DNA of 57,084 bases from an uncultured Chroococcidiopsis sp. (GTDB lineage: Bacteria; Cyanobacteriota; Cyanobacteriia; Cyanobacteriales; Chroococcidiopsidaceae): the NCBI GenBank assembly GCA_964248365.1, contig CAXTYC010000034.1, positions 1-57,084 on the forward strand, read 5' to 3'. The notes below the pieces were generated by a model, which saw only the letters and a program-made list of their open reading frames with translations, searched no databases and was not told the DNA's origin. Positions 9,125 through 20,746 of this stretch are shown here, in pieces. A program made the position numbers and the translations under genes. Numbering within the stretch: position 1 is the stretch's first letter; each line of letters begins with the position of its first letter.

Positions 9125-10903
9125 TTAAGCCGGATAAATCCTTAAACGGCGATTGGGTTCATCACCAAAACTATCTGACTTGAGACGATAGTGTTCAACC
9201 AGCTCGTGTTGTATCTTCCGCACTTTAGCAGAGCGAGGTAACAATTCCACTGGCTGACCTTTAGGAATCACAATTTGCTCTACAGCCAGTCTAGCTTCTT
9301 CAAGAGCATCGAGTTCATCCTCACTGCCACTACGGGCAAACAAGCTCAGTTCGCGCTCATCAGCCGTATCTGGTTCGTCCATGTCTAACAACCGCCGCAA
9401 GGCGCGGGTAATTTGCGGAATAGTGCTAGCTTTAATCATGTGAATCGGGACATGACGCGCTCTAGCAACTTGCCGTAACTTAGACTGGTTTCTAACGTGC
9501 GATCGCAGTGCCAAAATCGCATCCGCACTATCGATATCCTTGGTCAGAACGACAGGCAAGTTAAGCACCCCAATCACTTCCTCTAACTGATGCCGACTCA
9601 CACCATAGGGGTAAATATGCAACGGCAAATCTTCCCCATTTGGTCCCGCCTGAACTGTCATATAACCAAAGCGATCCGGTTGATCCAAAGATTCATCCAG
9701 CAATCGCTCGAATTCTTGTGTCCTTGAAATCGGCTCTTGCTCTGGCGTTGAAAGTGGCAGCATCTTTCCTGTTGCTCGCCATCCGTTTGACGGTGTGGAA
9801 GGCTCAAGGCGAGAAGTAAGCGAGAGGCTATCGCCGTCCTCGTACCGCATGACACGCCCCTCTAGCCTTTGCGTAGCACCGTCCCCAGTACCTCTTACCA
9901 AGATAGGTGACTCTCGTGTAATTGTCACCTGACCGTTTTCCCCAACTGTCCTGATTTGCAAAATAGGTTGACGACCGCGTAATAGAGTGTCTACCGTATC
10001 AGCAACACTTTCATGCACCACCCAGCGCTGGCGTTGCTGCATTTCTACGGCAATCTCAAACGTAGGTGGAGCTTTGCGTTCTAAAACTGTTTTTTGCGAT
10101 CGCCGCCTACGAGCTTCATCATCTCCCAATGTTACCGCTTGAATACCGCCCACCAGATCGGACAGTGTTGGGTTTTTGATCAAGTTTTCAATCTGGTTCC
10201 CGTGAGCAGTACCTACTAGCTGTACACCACGTTCAGCAATGGTACGAGCTGCCAGCGCTTCTAGTTCCGTCCCGATTTCATCAATTACGATCACTTCTGG
10301 CATATGGTTTTCCACTGCCTCAATCATCACTTGATGCTGTAGTTCTGGCGACTGCACTTGCATCCGTCGCGCTCGACCAATTGCAGGGTGTGGGATATCT
10401 CCATCACCAGCAATTTCGTTAGAGGTGTCAATAATCACTACACGCTTATTTAATTCATCAGCCAACACCCGCGCAATTTCTCTGAGAGCAGTTGTTTTAC
10501 CCACCCCAGGACGACCCAGCATCAAAATCGACTGACCAGTTTCTACCAGGTCACGAATCATACCAATCGTGCCATAAACTGCCCTCCCAACGCGACAAGT
10601 TAAGCCAATAACATCCCCTGTCCGGTTTCTAATTGCGCTAATGCGGTGCAGGGTTTGAGCAATTCCTGCTCGGTTATCGCCACCGAATTGTCCCACTCGC
10701 TCGATGGAATATTTCAGTTGTTGGTGAGAAACCCCTGCTTCGGAAAGATATTCTGCTTGATTGGGAAAACGAGCTTCTGGGCGACGACCCAAGTCCATCA
10801 CCACTTCAATCAAGCTATCCCTGGCAGGATGCTCCTCTAAAACTTGTTTGATATCTAGTGGCAAAATATCTAATAATTTCTGGAGATCGTCTGTGGTTGT
10901 CAT
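9125..10903 (-). CDS. ycf45: Ycf45/SpoIIIAA-like AAA ATPase with C-terminal R3H domain
   Basis: GRPGVGKTT, IDEIG, GTAHG; RKIQH R3H motif; start taken at ATG 10903 (ORF open to 10918). Confidence 0.88.
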   Translation of the reverse strand: MTTTDDLQKLLDILPLDIKQVLEEHPARDSLIEVVMDLGRRPEARFPNQAEYLSEAGVSHQQLKYSIERVGQFGGDNRAGIAQTLHRISAIRNRTGDVIGLTCRVGRAVYGTIGMIRDLVETGQSILMLGRPGVGKTTALREIARVLADELNKRVVIIDTSNEIAGDGDIPHPAIGRARRMQVQSPELQHQVMIEAVENHMPEVIVIDEIGTELEALAARTIAERGVQLVGTAHGNQIENLIKNPTLSDLVGGIQAVTLGDDEARRRRSQKTVLERKAPPTFEIAVEMQQRQRWVVHESVADTVDTLLRGRQPILQIRTVGENGQVTITRESPILVRGTGDGATQRLEGRVMRYEDGDSLSLTSRLEPSTPSNGWRATGKMLPLSTPEQEPISRTQEFERLLDESLDQPDRFGYMTVQAGPNGEDLPLHIYPYGVSRHQLEEVIGVLNLPVVLTKDIDSADAILALRSHVRNQSKLRQVARARHVPIHMIKASTIPQITRALRRLLDMDEPDTADERELSLFARSGSEDELDALEEARLAVEQIVIPKGQPVELLPRSAKVRKIQHELVEHYRLKSDSFGDEPNRRLRIYPA

Positions 10904-10965
10904 GCTGGCTAAAGTCACTTGTTCAACGATAGCGAGAAGTCTAGTCAGAGCACTTTTTATTGCTG

Positions 10966-12156
10966 CTACGATGACTTGAGTTGGGAAACGAGGGAATAGG
11001 CAAGCTCTACAGCCTGCCAGAGTAATTCAGGTTTGTCCTCCAAGCGGACAGTTGATTTATCATTGGCTTGTATCTCCATTTGCTCTAACTGATTCAAAAT
11101 CGGTGACAATAGGACACGGGCAAAGCTACCGTAGGCAACCCCAGAAATTGTAGGCCAGAGGCGAGAGTCCAGAGGCGAGAGGCTAGATTTTTCGTTGGTT
11201 CCCAAATCTGTACTACTACTAGCCTTTCCTTCCTCGTGCCTGGGGCAACTTGCCCCAGGCAAGTTGCCTTTAAGTAGTCCCATTGCCTTTAATTTGGCAA
11301 CAGTGTAACCGTTCGTACCACCTGCTAACTGTACATATCCTGGTAAGCCAGCTGCCAAGACTTTTTGCCCTAATTTCACTGCTGCTAAAGTCGTACCATC
11401 ACCTATATCACCACTCATCGGTCGCCCGTCGGTTTGCCAAATCAAAGGACAAGGAAGGGGAGAAATCAGCTTGTAAAGGCGATTGAGATATTCAATTAAG
11501 CCATCTCCATCTGGACAACTGATTGCTACTAGCTTCAGTTTGTCTACCCAAGGTGCTACGTTAGACCACAATCGCTTAAACTCGGACAATCTCCCTACTT
11601 GGGTGTGAATTTCAACTGCATCTACTCCGGTTGAGAGTACTAAAGGCGCGATCGCACCTGGTGTTGATACATAGGAACGAGCGTAAATTAGTCCACTCGG
11701 ACAAATTGGCAAACACCGACCACAGCCATAACAACTTTCGGACACCACGCCGGAAAATTCATCATGACTACGATGGAAAACAATTGCCCCAGCAGGACAA
11801 ATTTTTTCACATGGTCGTGGACAATCGGCAGGACACTGGGTTTGATTAAATTCTGCTTTGCGAAAATGTGGATCTTCTCCGTCATTTAGGCTCACCATTA
11901 ACCAGGGCAGTTTTCTTTGACTGCCAAAACCCCGCACTTTAGCTTCATCCATCAGGTGACTGGCAACTGTAAGCGCTTCTTGTGCTGACGCAATTACAGC
12001 CGGATCTGCTGCAACATCAATACAGTCAGCGCCAGCTAGGGTATAAGCCAAAGTTAAGTTTCTAACCGCAGGTAGATGCTGGAAACTGGCTCCGCAGATC
12101 AACTTGAACCAGTGACCTTCTTTAAGGGAGCGCAAAGTGTAGTACAACTGTGTCAC
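10966..12156 (-). CDS. ldpA: Circadian input Fe-S protein LdpA
   Basis: FKLICGAS; CPADCPRPCEKICP and CYGCGRCLPICP clusters; QTDGRPMSGDIG. Confidence 0.92.
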   Translation of the reverse strand: MTQLYYTLRSLKEGHWFKLICGASFQHLPAVRNLTLAYTLAGADCIDVAADPAVIASAQEALTVASHLMDEAKVRGFGSQRKLPWLMVSLNDGEDPHFRKAEFNQTQCPADCPRPCEKICPAGAIVFHRSHDEFSGVVSESCYGCGRCLPICPSGLIYARSYVSTPGAIAPLVLSTGVDAVEIHTQVGRLSEFKRLWSNVAPWVDKLKLVAISCPDGDGLIEYLNRLYKLISPLPCPLIWQTDGRPMSGDIGDGTTLAAVKLGQKVLAAGLPGYVQLAGGTNGYTVAKLKAMGLLKGNLPGASCPRHEEGKASSSTDLGTNEKSSLSPLDSRLWPTISGVAYGSFARVLLSPILNQLEQMEIQANDKSTVRLEDKPELLWQAVELAYSLVSQLKSS

Positions 12157-12256
12157 ACTTATATGCTAATGTGCAACTGATAAAAATTAATACATTATCG
12201 ATAAAATTTTCTAATGTTTTGCACATTCACGAGCGATCGCCCTGGAAATTTACAGT

Positions 12257-12745
12257 TTACACAGCTTGGTAACTGGGTGAGAGTGTTTCTTTGAGGGGCT
12301 GCCAACGGAAATAGCGATCGCCTCCTCTTTCCAACACGATTTTCACTCTGGGTTCTATGCCAGGTAAATTTGCCAAAAACTCCACTTCCTGATTAGACAA
12401 AATATGCCCTTCGATCATCCACAGTACTAAGCCCTTGGACTTGGGGGGCAGCTGTTCCAATTGGTAGTTCACCAAAGGCGGCACATAATAAACGTAACCT
12501 ACAGCCGCACCCTGACCAATATCTTTTTTCCCCAGGTGAGGTGGGCGAATTCCATGAACTTGGGTTAAGTATGCTGATACATCACCCAATCCTCTAGCTG
12601 TGATGTTTACAGTATTGTAGCCAGCAGCGCGCAGTCGGCGGCGGTAACGACCTTCAAAACCTCCTTCGAGAGGAACATACACGCCCAAAGCCCCTGATTT
12701 TTCCAAGTCACGAATCAATTTCTTGCCAGTAGTAATCAGTGCCAT
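12257..12745 (-). CDS. ndhN: NAD(P)H-quinone oxidoreductase subunit N
   Basis: VPLEGGFEGRYRRRLRAAGY, HGIRPPHLGK. Confidence 0.95.
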   Translation of the reverse strand: MALITTGKKLIRDLEKSGALGVYVPLEGGFEGRYRRRLRAAGYNTVNITARGLGDVSAYLTQVHGIRPPHLGKKDIGQGAAVGYVYYVPPLVNYQLEQLPPKSKGLVLWMIEGHILSNQEVEFLANLPGIEPRVKIVLERGGDRYFRWQPLKETLSPSYQAV

Positions 12746-12899
12746 AGTATTTTTCGGTATTTTTTCCTAATCCCACCTCTTATCTTAAAGTGAGTAGTAC
12801 ACTATATGCCCATTTTGCTAGGGATTAAAGCCCCAGCCTGACTAACAGCCAGCACAGTAGGTACTTGCTGTCTGATTTAGGAAAAAATTATTTATTTAC

Positions 12900-12928
12900 T
12901 TGTCAAGTTTAAATATATGAATTATACT
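12900..12928 (+). promoter_or_regulatory. Putative sigma70-type promoter of the ribosomal protein cluster
   Basis: TTGTCA-N17-TATACT with an A/T-rich upstream tract. Confidence 0.6.
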
Positions 12929-13518
12929 TATGGATCGTGACCAAACGAGGGTTAATTAAACTGTTTGATTATCCTTTGTAGCTTGTTGAATCGAATGGGG
13001 TAGATAAGTTTATTCTCAGATACAACAAGCTTGGCAGTAGTTGTAGTTTGGTTACATTTAGCAGCCTCAAAGAGGGATAGTGTGTAAGGCACATTAGCTT
13101 GCCTTGCCTCGAAGTGTCCAAGTACCTTAGACATGGTTCAAGGAAACTTAGAGGAGACAAACATGAGATGAGCGTTAAATATTTAGTTATGACGCAAATT
13201 CTCATGTGGTGGATACTGAGTGGATTGCCACTTAAGTCCAATTCAAGCTGTCATAGTGCCAGAGCAACAACTCTTGCCATTGGCAATTGCTTCACAATAA
13301 AGCAAAGAACGAGTCTAGTTGAAAAGCACAAAGGGTTTTATCTAGATAAAAAAGCTCGTTCCTCCAGCCTTGAATTCCTACCCAAAGCGAAGTCTTTTAC
13401 TTCCCAAATGGGAAAAGGGCTGGTTAGATATTGTGACGCTATAGAGTTAAGAAGCGGATTATCAATAGAAGTAATCCGGTTCCAATGCAGTCGAGTAATA
13501 AAGGAGAAATCAGTTACT

Positions 13519-14151
13519 GTGTCTTTAGGTATCCTTGGCACAAAGCTGGGCATGACCCAAGTGTTTGACGAGGCAGGAAAAGCAATTCCTGTCACAGTTG
13601 TTCAAGCAGGTCCATGTACTGTAACCCAGATTAAAACAAAACAAACTGACGGTTACTCTGCCATCCAAGTAGGGTATAAGGAAGTAAAACCCAAGGCACT
13701 GAACAAACCGCTTTTGGGTCATTTGGCAAAATCCTCTGCTCCTACACTGCGTCACTTGCGTGAGTACACCCTCGAAAACACAAGTGAATTTACATTAGGT
13801 CAGCAAATTAAGGCAGATATTTTTACTTCGGGACAAATTGTAGATGTAAGCGGTAATAGTATCGGTCGCGGCTTTGCTGGTTATCAAAAACGGCATAACT
13901 TTGGTCGGGGACCGATGTCTCATGGTTCCAAAAATCACCGCTTACCAGGTTCCATTGGTGCTGGTACAACTCCTGGTCGTGTTTATCCTGGTAAGCGGAT
14001 GGCAGGTCGTTTAGGCGGTAAGCGAGTGACAATTCGCAAGCTGACTGTTGTACGGGTAGATCCAGAACGTAACCTATTGCTAATTAAAGGAGCAATTCCA
14101 GGCAAGCCAGGAGCCTTAGTAAGTATTGTGCCTACTAACCGAGTAGGTTAG
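13519..14151 (+). CDS. rplC: 50S ribosomal protein L3
   Basis: GTG start after [26 protein letters not shown]. Confidence 0.97.
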   Translation: MSLGILGTKLGMTQVFDEAGKAIPVTVVQAGPCTVTQIKTKQTDGYSAIQVGYKEVKPKALNKPLLGHLAKSSAPTLRHLREYTLENTSEFTLGQQIKADIFTSGQIVDVSGNSIGRGFAGYQKRHNFGRGPMSHGSKNHRLPGSIGAGTTPGRVYPGKRMAGRLGGKRVTIRKLTVVRVDPERNLLLIKGAIPGKPGALVSIVPTNRVG

Positions 14152-14232
14152 TCATTAGTCATTAGTCATTGGTCATTAGTAAGTGACTTTTGACAAATGA
14201 CAACGGACAAATGACAAAGGACAAAGGACAAA
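14148..14232. repeat. Inverted heptamer arrays (TTAGTCA / GGACAAA)
   Basis: gtcatta repeats followed by roughly complementary tgacaaa/ggacaaa repeats; same arrangement at 15175-15254, 20638-20743, 21652-21726, 22315-22392 and about 29961-30055. Confidence 0.8.
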
Positions 14233-14233
14233 A

Positions 14234-14872
14234 ATGGTTGAGTGTGTAGTAAGAAACTGGCAAGGCGAAGAAGTTGGGCAAGCAACGCTCAATTTAAAAG
14301 TTGCCAAAGAGGAAAGTGCATCTCATGTTGTTCATCGAGCATTAGTACGCCAATTGAACAATGGGCGGCAAGGAACTGCTAGCGCCAAAACCCGTGCTGA
14401 GGTTAGAGGTGGTGGTCGCAAACCTTGGCGGCAAAAAGGAACAGGTCGCGCGAGGGCAGGGTCAATTCGATCGCCCCTATGGCGCGGTGGTGGTGTGATT
14501 TTTGGTCCCAAGCCGAGAGACTACGGAACCAAAATGAACCGAAAAGAGCGACGTTTGGCATTGACGACAGCGTTCGCTAGCCGAGGCGAAGACTTGGTTG
14601 TGGTAGAAGATTTTAGCGAACAACTATCACGACCAAAAACAAAAGAGCTAATGGCAGCAATAGCTCGGTGGGGCGTTGAACCTGGAACTAAAATTCTGTT
14701 AATTCTGCCAGAACGCACAGAAAATATATGTTTATCAGCTCGTAACGTAGAAAAATTGTCTTTGATTTGTGCTACCCAGTTGAATGTCTACGATTTACTG
14801 AACGCTGACAAAATTGTTGTCACAGCATCTGCTCTTGCAAAAATTCAGGAGGTCTACGGTGAACAAGTTTGA
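14234..14872 (+). CDS. rplD: 50S ribosomal protein L4
   Basis: [15 protein letters not shown]. Confidence 0.98.
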   Translation: MVECVVRNWQGEEVGQATLNLKVAKEESASHVVHRALVRQLNNGRQGTASAKTRAEVRGGGRKPWRQKGTGRARAGSIRSPLWRGGGVIFGPKPRDYGTKMNRKERRLALTTAFASRGEDLVVVEDFSEQLSRPKTKELMAAIARWGVEPGTKILLILPERTENICLSARNVEKLSLICATQLNVYDLLNADKIVVTASALAKIQEVYGEQV

Positions 14873-15173
14873 CCCCCGTATGCTCCCAGACTTAGTACGT
14901 CGTCCGATTGTTACCGAAAAGGCAACTCGGATGATGGAGGAGAATAAGTACACTTTTGACGTAGTTCCCGCGGCAACTAAGCCACAAATCAAAGCAGCGA
15001 TCGAGGATCTATTTCAAGTTAAGGTTGTACAGGTAAATACCCTGAACAAACCCCGCAAAAAGCGCCGAGTAGGTAGATTTATTGGATTTAAACCCCAATA
15101 CAAACGAGCCATTGTCACAATCGCGCCAGGGGACGAAGAAAAGATTAGACAGGTTCTATTCCCAGAAGTTTAA
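14859..15173 (+). CDS. rplW: 50S ribosomal protein L23
   Basis: [17 protein letters not shown] start at 14859 after AGGAGG. Confidence 0.95.
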   Translation: MNKFDPRMLPDLVRRPIVTEKATRMMEENKYTFDVVPAATKPQIKAAIEDLFQVKVVQVNTLNKPRKKRRVGRFIGFKPQYKRAIVTIAPGDEEKIRQVLFPEV

Positions 15174-15256
15174 TTTGGTCATTAGTCCCACGTCATTTGT
15201 CATTAGCAAAAGACTAGGGACACAAGACAAAGGACAAAGAACAAAGGACAAAAAAT

Positions 15257-16120
15257 ATGGGTACTCGTTCTTATCGACCATACACTCCCAGTTCTCGCCA
15301 ACGAGTTGTTTCCGACTTCGTGGAAATTACCAAAAGCGAACCGGAAAAATCGCTCACATCATCAGTTCATCGCCCCAAAGGTCGGAACAATCAAGGGCGT
15401 ATTACCAGCCGTCGCCGAGGTGGAGGTCACAAACGACTTTACCGAATCATTGACTTCAAGCGCGATAAGCGTAATATTCCAGCTAAAGTAGTGGCGATCG
15501 AGTACGACCCCAACCGTAACGCCCGAATTGCCCTTCTATTTTATCAGGACGGAGAAAAGCGATATATTCTTCACCCGAATGGCTTGGCAGTGGGAAGCGT
15601 TATTACCTCTGGACCAGATTCACCAATAGAAGATGGAAATGCCCTACCGCTGTCTAATATTCCATTGGGTACAAGCGTCCATAACGTAGAACTAACACCA
15701 GGTAAAGGAGCGCAAATAGTTCGTGCTGCTGGTGCTAGCGCTCAGGTAGTGGCAAAAGAAGGTAGTTATGTCAGCCTCAGGTTGCCTTCTGGAGAAGTCC
15801 GCCTAGTGCGTCGTGATTGCTATGCCACCATTGGGCAAGTAGGCAACCTAGACGCTAGAAACCTCAGTGCTGGTAAAGCTGGTCGAAATCGCTGGAAGGG
15901 ACGGCGACCAAAGGTGAGAGGTAGTGTGATGAACCCTGTAGACCACCCACACGGTGGAGGTGAGGGTAGAGCGCCTATTGGTAGGTCGGGACCAGTGACA
16001 CCTTGGGGTAAGCCAACTTTGGGCATGAAGACACGTAAGCGGAAGAAACCAAGCAGCGCTTTAATTGTGCGTCGCCGTCGTAAATCTTCTAAGCGCGGTC
16101 GGGGCGGTCGTGAATCTTAA
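15257..16120 (+). CDS. rplB: 50S ribosomal protein L2
   Basis: [19 protein letters not shown]. Confidence 0.99.
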   Translation: MGTRSYRPYTPSSRQRVVSDFVEITKSEPEKSLTSSVHRPKGRNNQGRITSRRRGGGHKRLYRIIDFKRDKRNIPAKVVAIEYDPNRNARIALLFYQDGEKRYILHPNGLAVGSVITSGPDSPIEDGNALPLSNIPLGTSVHNVELTPGKGAQIVRAAGASAQVVAKEGSYVSLRLPSGEVRLVRRDCYATIGQVGNLDARNLSAGKAGRNRWKGRRPKVRGSVMNPVDHPHGGGEGRAPIGRSGPVTPWGKPTLGMKTRKRKKPSSALIVRRRRKSSKRGRGGRES

Positions 16121-16253
16121 AAAGTTAGAAGTTAGAAGTAGTGATTTTATCATCCTTCATCCTTTATCCTACCCTTCACAGAAGGCTAAACCCTACGCTA
16201 CACTTCGTGGCCTACATCCTTTATCCTTTAACCTTTATCCTTCATCCTTTACT

Positions 16254-16532
16254 ATGGGTCGTTCTTTAAAAAAAGGTCCTTTCGTTGCCGATAGCTTGCT
16301 CAGCAAGATTGAAAAGCTCAATACTAGAAACGAAAAGCAAGTCATTAAAACCTGGTCGCGGGCTTCTACGGTTTTGCCCCAGATGGTCGGACATACTATT
16401 GCCGTCCACAATGGTCGCCAACACGTACCGATTTACATTTCTGACCAAATGGTGGGACACAAGTTGGGTGAATTTGCCCCCACACGCACCTTTCGCGGTC
16501 ATGCCAAAAGTGACAAAAAAGCAGGGAGATAA
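16254..16532 (+). CDS. rpsS: 30S ribosomal protein S19
   Basis: [10 protein letters not shown]...[11 protein letters not shown]. Confidence 0.98.
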   Translation: MGRSLKKGPFVADSLLSKIEKLNTRNEKQVIKTWSRASTVLPQMVGHTIAVHNGRQHVPIYISDQMVGHKLGEFAPTRTFRGHAKSDKKAGR

Positions 16533-16605
16533 AAAGTATGAAGTATGAAGGATGAAATATAAATTTAGCCTTAATCCTTCATAATTCAGCCTTTAGGAGA
16601 AAATT

Positions 16606-16962
16606 ATGGCTACTGATACAAATGAAATAAAGGCGATCGCGCGATATATTCGTATGTCTCCTTTTAAGGTGCGGCGTGTTCTCGATCAAATTCGGGGGCG
16701 CTCATACCGAGAAGCACTAATCATTCTCGAATTCATGCCTTACCGAGCCTGCGAACCAGTTCTTACTGTTCTACGCTCAGCTGTTGCCAACGCCGAACAT
16801 AACGCTGGGCTTAATCCAGCCGATCTCAAGATCACTCAAGCTTATGCCGACATGGGACCAGTCTTAAAGCGCTTCCGTCCAAGAGCGCAAGGTCGGGCTT
16901 ACCAAATTCGCAAGCCTACCTGTCACATTACTGTAGCTGTAGCTGCTGATTCAGCTAGCTAA
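16606..16962 (+). CDS. rplV: 50S ribosomal protein L22
   Basis: [20 protein letters not shown]. Confidence 0.98.
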   Translation: MATDTNEIKAIARYIRMSPFKVRRVLDQIRGRSYREALIILEFMPYRACEPVLTVLRSAVANAEHNAGLNPADLKITQAYADMGPVLKRFRPRAQGRAYQIRKPTCHITVAVAADSAS

Positions 16963-16997
16963 ATAGGCACAAAAAGTCTAACCTTTTATTATACAAC

Positions 16998-17744
16998 ATG
17001 GGACAGAAGATTCATCCAGTTGGTTTTCGTCTGGGTATTACCAAAGACCATCATTCTCGTTGGTTTGCCGAACCTGAGCGCTATCCAGAAATTCTGCAAG
17101 AAGACCACAAGCTGCGTCAATACATAGAACAAAAGCTGGGTCGCCTTGCTTCTAACAATGCCGGAATTTCCGATGTCCGAATTGAGCGCAAAGCAGATCA
17201 AATTGAGCTTGAGGTACGCACAGCTCGCCCTGGTGTTGTCGTAGGTCGGGGCGGCACAGGCATCGAATCCTTGCGAGTCGGACTACAGGAATTACTGGGG
17301 GGAAATCGCTCGATTCGCATTAATGTTGTCGAAGTCGCTCAAGTTGATGCTGATGCCTATTTAATTGCTGAATACATTGCTGGACAGCTAGAGCGCCGTG
17401 TATCCTTCCGGCGAGTAGTGCGTCAAGCTATTCAACGCGCTCAACGGGCAGGCATTCAAGGAATCAGAATTCAAGTCAGCGGTCGGCTTAACGGAGCAGA
17501 AATTGCCCGCACAGAGTGGACACGCGAGGGAAGAGTACCACTACATACCTTAAGGGCAGATATTGACTACGCTTACTGCACCGCTAAAACCATTTACGGT
17601 ATTCTAGGTGTCAAAGTTTGGGTCTTTAAGGGAGAAATTATTCCAGGACAAGAACAACAGCCAACACCAGGAGCAGCTCAACCCCGTCGTCGTCAACAAC
17701 AACGTCGTCGTCAACAATTTGAAGACCGCTCAAATGAGGGGTAA
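16998..17744 (+). CDS. rpsC: 30S ribosomal protein S3
   Basis: [25 protein letters not shown]. Confidence 0.99.
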   Translation: MGQKIHPVGFRLGITKDHHSRWFAEPERYPEILQEDHKLRQYIEQKLGRLASNNAGISDVRIERKADQIELEVRTARPGVVVGRGGTGIESLRVGLQELLGGNRSIRINVVEVAQVDADAYLIAEYIAGQLERRVSFRRVVRQAIQRAQRAGIQGIRIQVSGRLNGAEIARTEWTREGRVPLHTLRADIDYAYCTAKTIYGILGVKVWVFKGEIIPGQEQQPTPGAAQPRRRQQQRRRQQFEDRSNEG

Positions 17745-17835
17745 TAGGTCATGGGTAATAGGTGATAGGTAATAAAAACCAATTACCAACTACCAATTAC
17801 CACCCCAATTACTCTTTACCAACTACCAATCAGCA
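17741..17835. repeat. Inverted heptamer arrays (GGTAATA / AATTACC)
   Basis: ggtaata repeats followed by caattac/caactac repeats. Confidence 0.7.
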
Positions 17836-17846
17836 ATTAGCAAATT

Positions 17847-18266
17847 ATGCTAAGTCCTAGAAGAACTAAATTCCGCAAACAACAACGCGGACGGATGTCA
17901 GGTGTAGCCACTAGAGGTAGCAGCATCAATTTTGGAGATTTTGCTCTCCAAGCTCAGGAACCAGCTTGGATTACCTCTCGGCAAATTGAAGCTTCTCGTC
18001 GTGCGATGACTCGTTATATCCGTAGAGGTGGCAAAATCTGGATTCGGATTTTCCCTGATAAACCAGTTACCATGCGTCCGGCTGAAACTCGGATGGGATC
18101 GGGTAAAGGTTCGCCTGAATTTTGGGTAGCTGTAGTCAAGCCAGGTCGGATTTTGTTTGAAATTGCTGGCGTACCTGAAGCAACTGCCCGTGAAGCTATG
18201 CGTTTAGCTTCCCACAAGTTGCCGATTCAAACCAAATTTATTATGCGCTCTGAGGAGGAGGTGTAG
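17847..18266 (+). CDS. rplP: 50S ribosomal protein L16
   Basis: IFPDKPVT...RMGSGKG. Confidence 0.99.
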   Translation: MLSPRRTKFRKQQRGRMSGVATRGSSINFGDFALQAQEPAWITSRQIEASRRAMTRYIRRGGKIWIRIFPDKPVTMRPAETRMGSGKGSPEFWVAVVKPGRILFEIAGVPEATAREAMRLASHKLPIQTKFIMRSEEEV

Positions 18267-18268
18267 TT

Positions 18269-18505
18269 ATGCCGCTTCCTAAGATTTCAGAAGTAAGAGA
18301 CTTAAGCGATCAAGAAATAGCCGATCAAATCATTGCTGTGAAAAAGCAATTGTTTCAGCTACGGTTGCAAAAAGCTACTCGACAGTTAGAAAAGCCGCAC
18401 TCCTTTAAACACGCTAAGCATCGGCTAGCACAACTGCTAACCGTAGAACATGAGCGATTGACACAAGCAACAGATGCGGCTTCCTCCACCACAGAACAAG
18501 AGTAG
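18269..18505 (+). CDS. rpmC: 50S ribosomal protein L29
   Basis: LFQLRLQKAT; operon position. Confidence 0.95.
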   Translation: MPLPKISEVRDLSDQEIADQIIAVKKQLFQLRLQKATRQLEKPHSFKHAKHRLAQLLTVEHERLTQATDAASSTTEQE

Positions 18506-18511
18506 GTGATT

Positions 18512-18763
18512 ATGGCAGTCAAAGAAAGAGTTGGCTTGGTGGTGAGCGACAAAATGCAAAAGACGGTAGTAGTTGCCGTTGAAAACCGCTCTCCTCACCC
18601 CAAGTACGGAAAAATTGTAGTTCGCACCCGGCGATATAAGGCTCACGACGAAGAAAATCAGTGTCGAGTGGGCGATCGCGTCCGCATTCAAGAAACTAGA
18701 CCACTTAGTCGAACCAAGCGCTGGGTTGTGGCTGAAATCCTTAGTAGTGCTACTACTAGCTAG
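18512..18763 (+). CDS. rpsQ: 30S ribosomal protein S17
   Basis: [23 protein letters not shown]. Confidence 0.98.
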   Translation: MAVKERVGLVVSDKMQKTVVVAVENRSPHPKYGKIVVRTRRYKAHDEENQCRVGDRVRIQETRPLSRTKRWVVAEILSSATTS

Positions 18764-18777
18764 ATAGGAGATTAACA

Positions 18778-19146
18778 GTGATTCAACCTCAGTCTTATCT
18801 CAACGTCGCAGATAATAGCGGAGCGCGAAAATTGATGTGCATCCGCGTCATGGGCGCAGGAAATCGACGTTATGGCGGTGTCGGAGACGTAATTATTGGC
18901 GTTGTTAAGGATGCTATCCCTAACATGGCTGTGAAAAAGTCTGATGTAGTACGGGCTGTAATTGTCCGCACCCGCAAAGGTTTACGTCGTGATAGCGGTA
19001 TGAGTATTCGTTTTGACGACAATGCCGCCGTGATCATTAATGCTGACGGAAACCCCAGAGGAACGCGGGTATTTGGTCCAGTTGCAAGGGAACTGCGCGA
19101 CAAAAACTTTACTAAGATTGTTTCTCTAGCTCCAGAGGTGCTGTGA
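18778..19146 (+). CDS. rplN: 50S ribosomal protein L14
   Basis: [20 protein letters not shown]. Confidence 0.99.
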   Translation: MIQPQSYLNVADNSGARKLMCIRVMGAGNRRYGGVGDVIIGVVKDAIPNMAVKKSDVVRAVIVRTRKGLRRDSGMSIRFDDNAAVIINADGNPRGTRVFGPVARELRDKNFTKIVSLAPEVL

Positions 19147-19508
19147 TGGCATTTAAAAAACGCTTAAAAAACCAGCGACCTACTTCCTACAAAATGCACG
19201 TTAAAACAGGCGACACTGTGCAAGTGATCTCTGGTAAAGATCAAGGCAAAGTCGGAGAAATTGTGCAGTCATTTCCGACCCGCAGCCAGGTAATTGTCAA
19301 AGGCGTTAACATCAAAACTAAGCACGTCAAACCCCAGCAAGAAGGAGAATCAGGTCGCATTGTTACAACGGAGTTTCCTATTCATAGCTCCAATGTCATG
19401 CACTATTCTACCAAGCAAAACGTTGCCAGTCGCATTTGTTACACCTTTAACGAGCAAGGACGTAAGGTGAGAATGCTAAAGAAAACTGGTGAAATCATTG
19501 ATAAATAG
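19146..19508 (+). CDS. rplX: 50S ribosomal protein L24
   Basis: [17 protein letters not shown] motif; PIHSSNV. Confidence 0.97.
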   Translation: MAFKKRLKNQRPTSYKMHVKTGDTVQVISGKDQGKVGEIVQSFPTRSQVIVKGVNIKTKHVKPQQEGESGRIVTTEFPIHSSNVMHYSTKQNVASRICYTFNEQGRKVRMLKKTGEIIDK

Positions 19509-19673
19509 CGATTAGCTGTTAGCTGGCGAGCTGTTAGCTTTTTTGTTCGTAGAGTATTAAAGTTTTTACTTTGTTAAATTATACTTCCAAAGCTAATCGC
19601 GCTCTCGCGCTCTCGCTAAAAGCTAATTACTAATTGCCCTGACCAAGCCCAGGGTTTTGGAGGACGAAAAAAT

Positions 19674-20219
19674 ATGGCAACACAACTAAAAACTCAATAT
19701 CAAGAAACAATTGTCCCTCAACTGATGGAGCAGTTCCAATACACTAATATCCATCAGGTTCCTAAGCTGGTAAAAGTCACTGTGAACCGAGGCTTAGGAG
19801 AGGCAGCACAAAATGCTAAAGCATTAGAATCGTCTTTAAATGAAGTTGGTGTAATTACAGGTCAAAAACCTGTAGTAACGCGAGCAAAAAAAGCGATCGC
19901 GGGCTTTAAAATTCGTCAAGGTATGCCAGTGGGATTGATGGTGACTCTCCGAGGCGACAAAATGTATTCCTTCGTCGAACGGTTAATCAACCTGGCTTTA
20001 CCTCGAATTCGAGATTTTCGTGGCATCAGCCCCAAAAGCTTTGACGGGCGTGGTAACTATACTCTGGGTGTGAAAGAGCAGTTGATTTTTCCAGAGGTCG
20101 AATACGACAGCATCGATCAAATTCGTGGTATGGACATTTCGATTATCACTACTGCTAGAACGGATGAAGAGGGTCGCGCTTTACTAAAAGCAATGGGAAT
20201 GCCTTTTCGAGATCAATAA
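19674..20219 (+). CDS. rplE: 50S ribosomal protein L5
   Basis: [16 protein letters not shown]. Confidence 0.99.
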   Translation: MATQLKTQYQETIVPQLMEQFQYTNIHQVPKLVKVTVNRGLGEAAQNAKALESSLNEVGVITGQKPVVTRAKKAIAGFKIRQGMPVGLMVTLRGDKMYSFVERLINLALPRIRDFRGISPKSFDGRGNYTLGVKEQLIFPEVEYDSIDQIRGMDISIITTARTDEEGRALLKAMGMPFRDQ

Positions 20220-20237
20220 TTTCATTAAGAGGAAACG

Positions 20238-20639
20238 ATGGCGGCTAACGACACAATTGCAGATATGCTGACGCGCATCCGCAATGCCAATATGGCGCGG
20301 CATCAAACTACAAAAATTCCAGCAACAAAGATGACTCGCAACATTGCTAGAGTCTTACAAGAAGAGGGCTTTATTGCTGAATTTGAAGAGGAACAAGAAG
20401 GAGTAAAGCGGAATTTGGTGGTTTCCTTAAAGTACAAGGGTAAGAATCGCCAACCGTTAATCACAGCCTTAAAACGGGTTAGCAGACCTGGATTACGGGT
20501 TTACGCCAATCGAAAAGAACTACCACGAGTCTTAGGCGGAATTGGCATTGCCATTATTTCCACCTCCCAGGGGATCATGACTGATCGGCAAGCACGGCAT
20601 CAAGGCTTAGGTGGTGAAATACTTTGCTATATCTGGTAG
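20238..20639 (+). CDS. rpsH: 30S ribosomal protein S8
   Basis: [21 protein letters not shown]. Confidence 0.99.
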   Translation: MAANDTIADMLTRIRNANMARHQTTKIPATKMTRNIARVLQEEGFIAEFEEEQEGVKRNLVVSLKYKGKNRQPLITALKRVSRPGLRVYANRKELPRVLGGIGIAIISTSQGIMTDRQARHQGLGGEILCYIW

Positions 20640-20746
20640 TCATTCGTCATTTGTCATTCGTCATTTGTCATTAGTCACTAACTACTAGCAAAGGGCGCAG
20701 GACAAAAAACAAAGGACAAAAGACAAAGAACAAAGGACAAAAAGTC

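Noticed and set aside
13099..13518. 140 aa N-terminal extension of L3 in the ORF track
   Set aside because: L3 homology and an AAGGAG SD point to GTG 13519; the extension looks non-coding.
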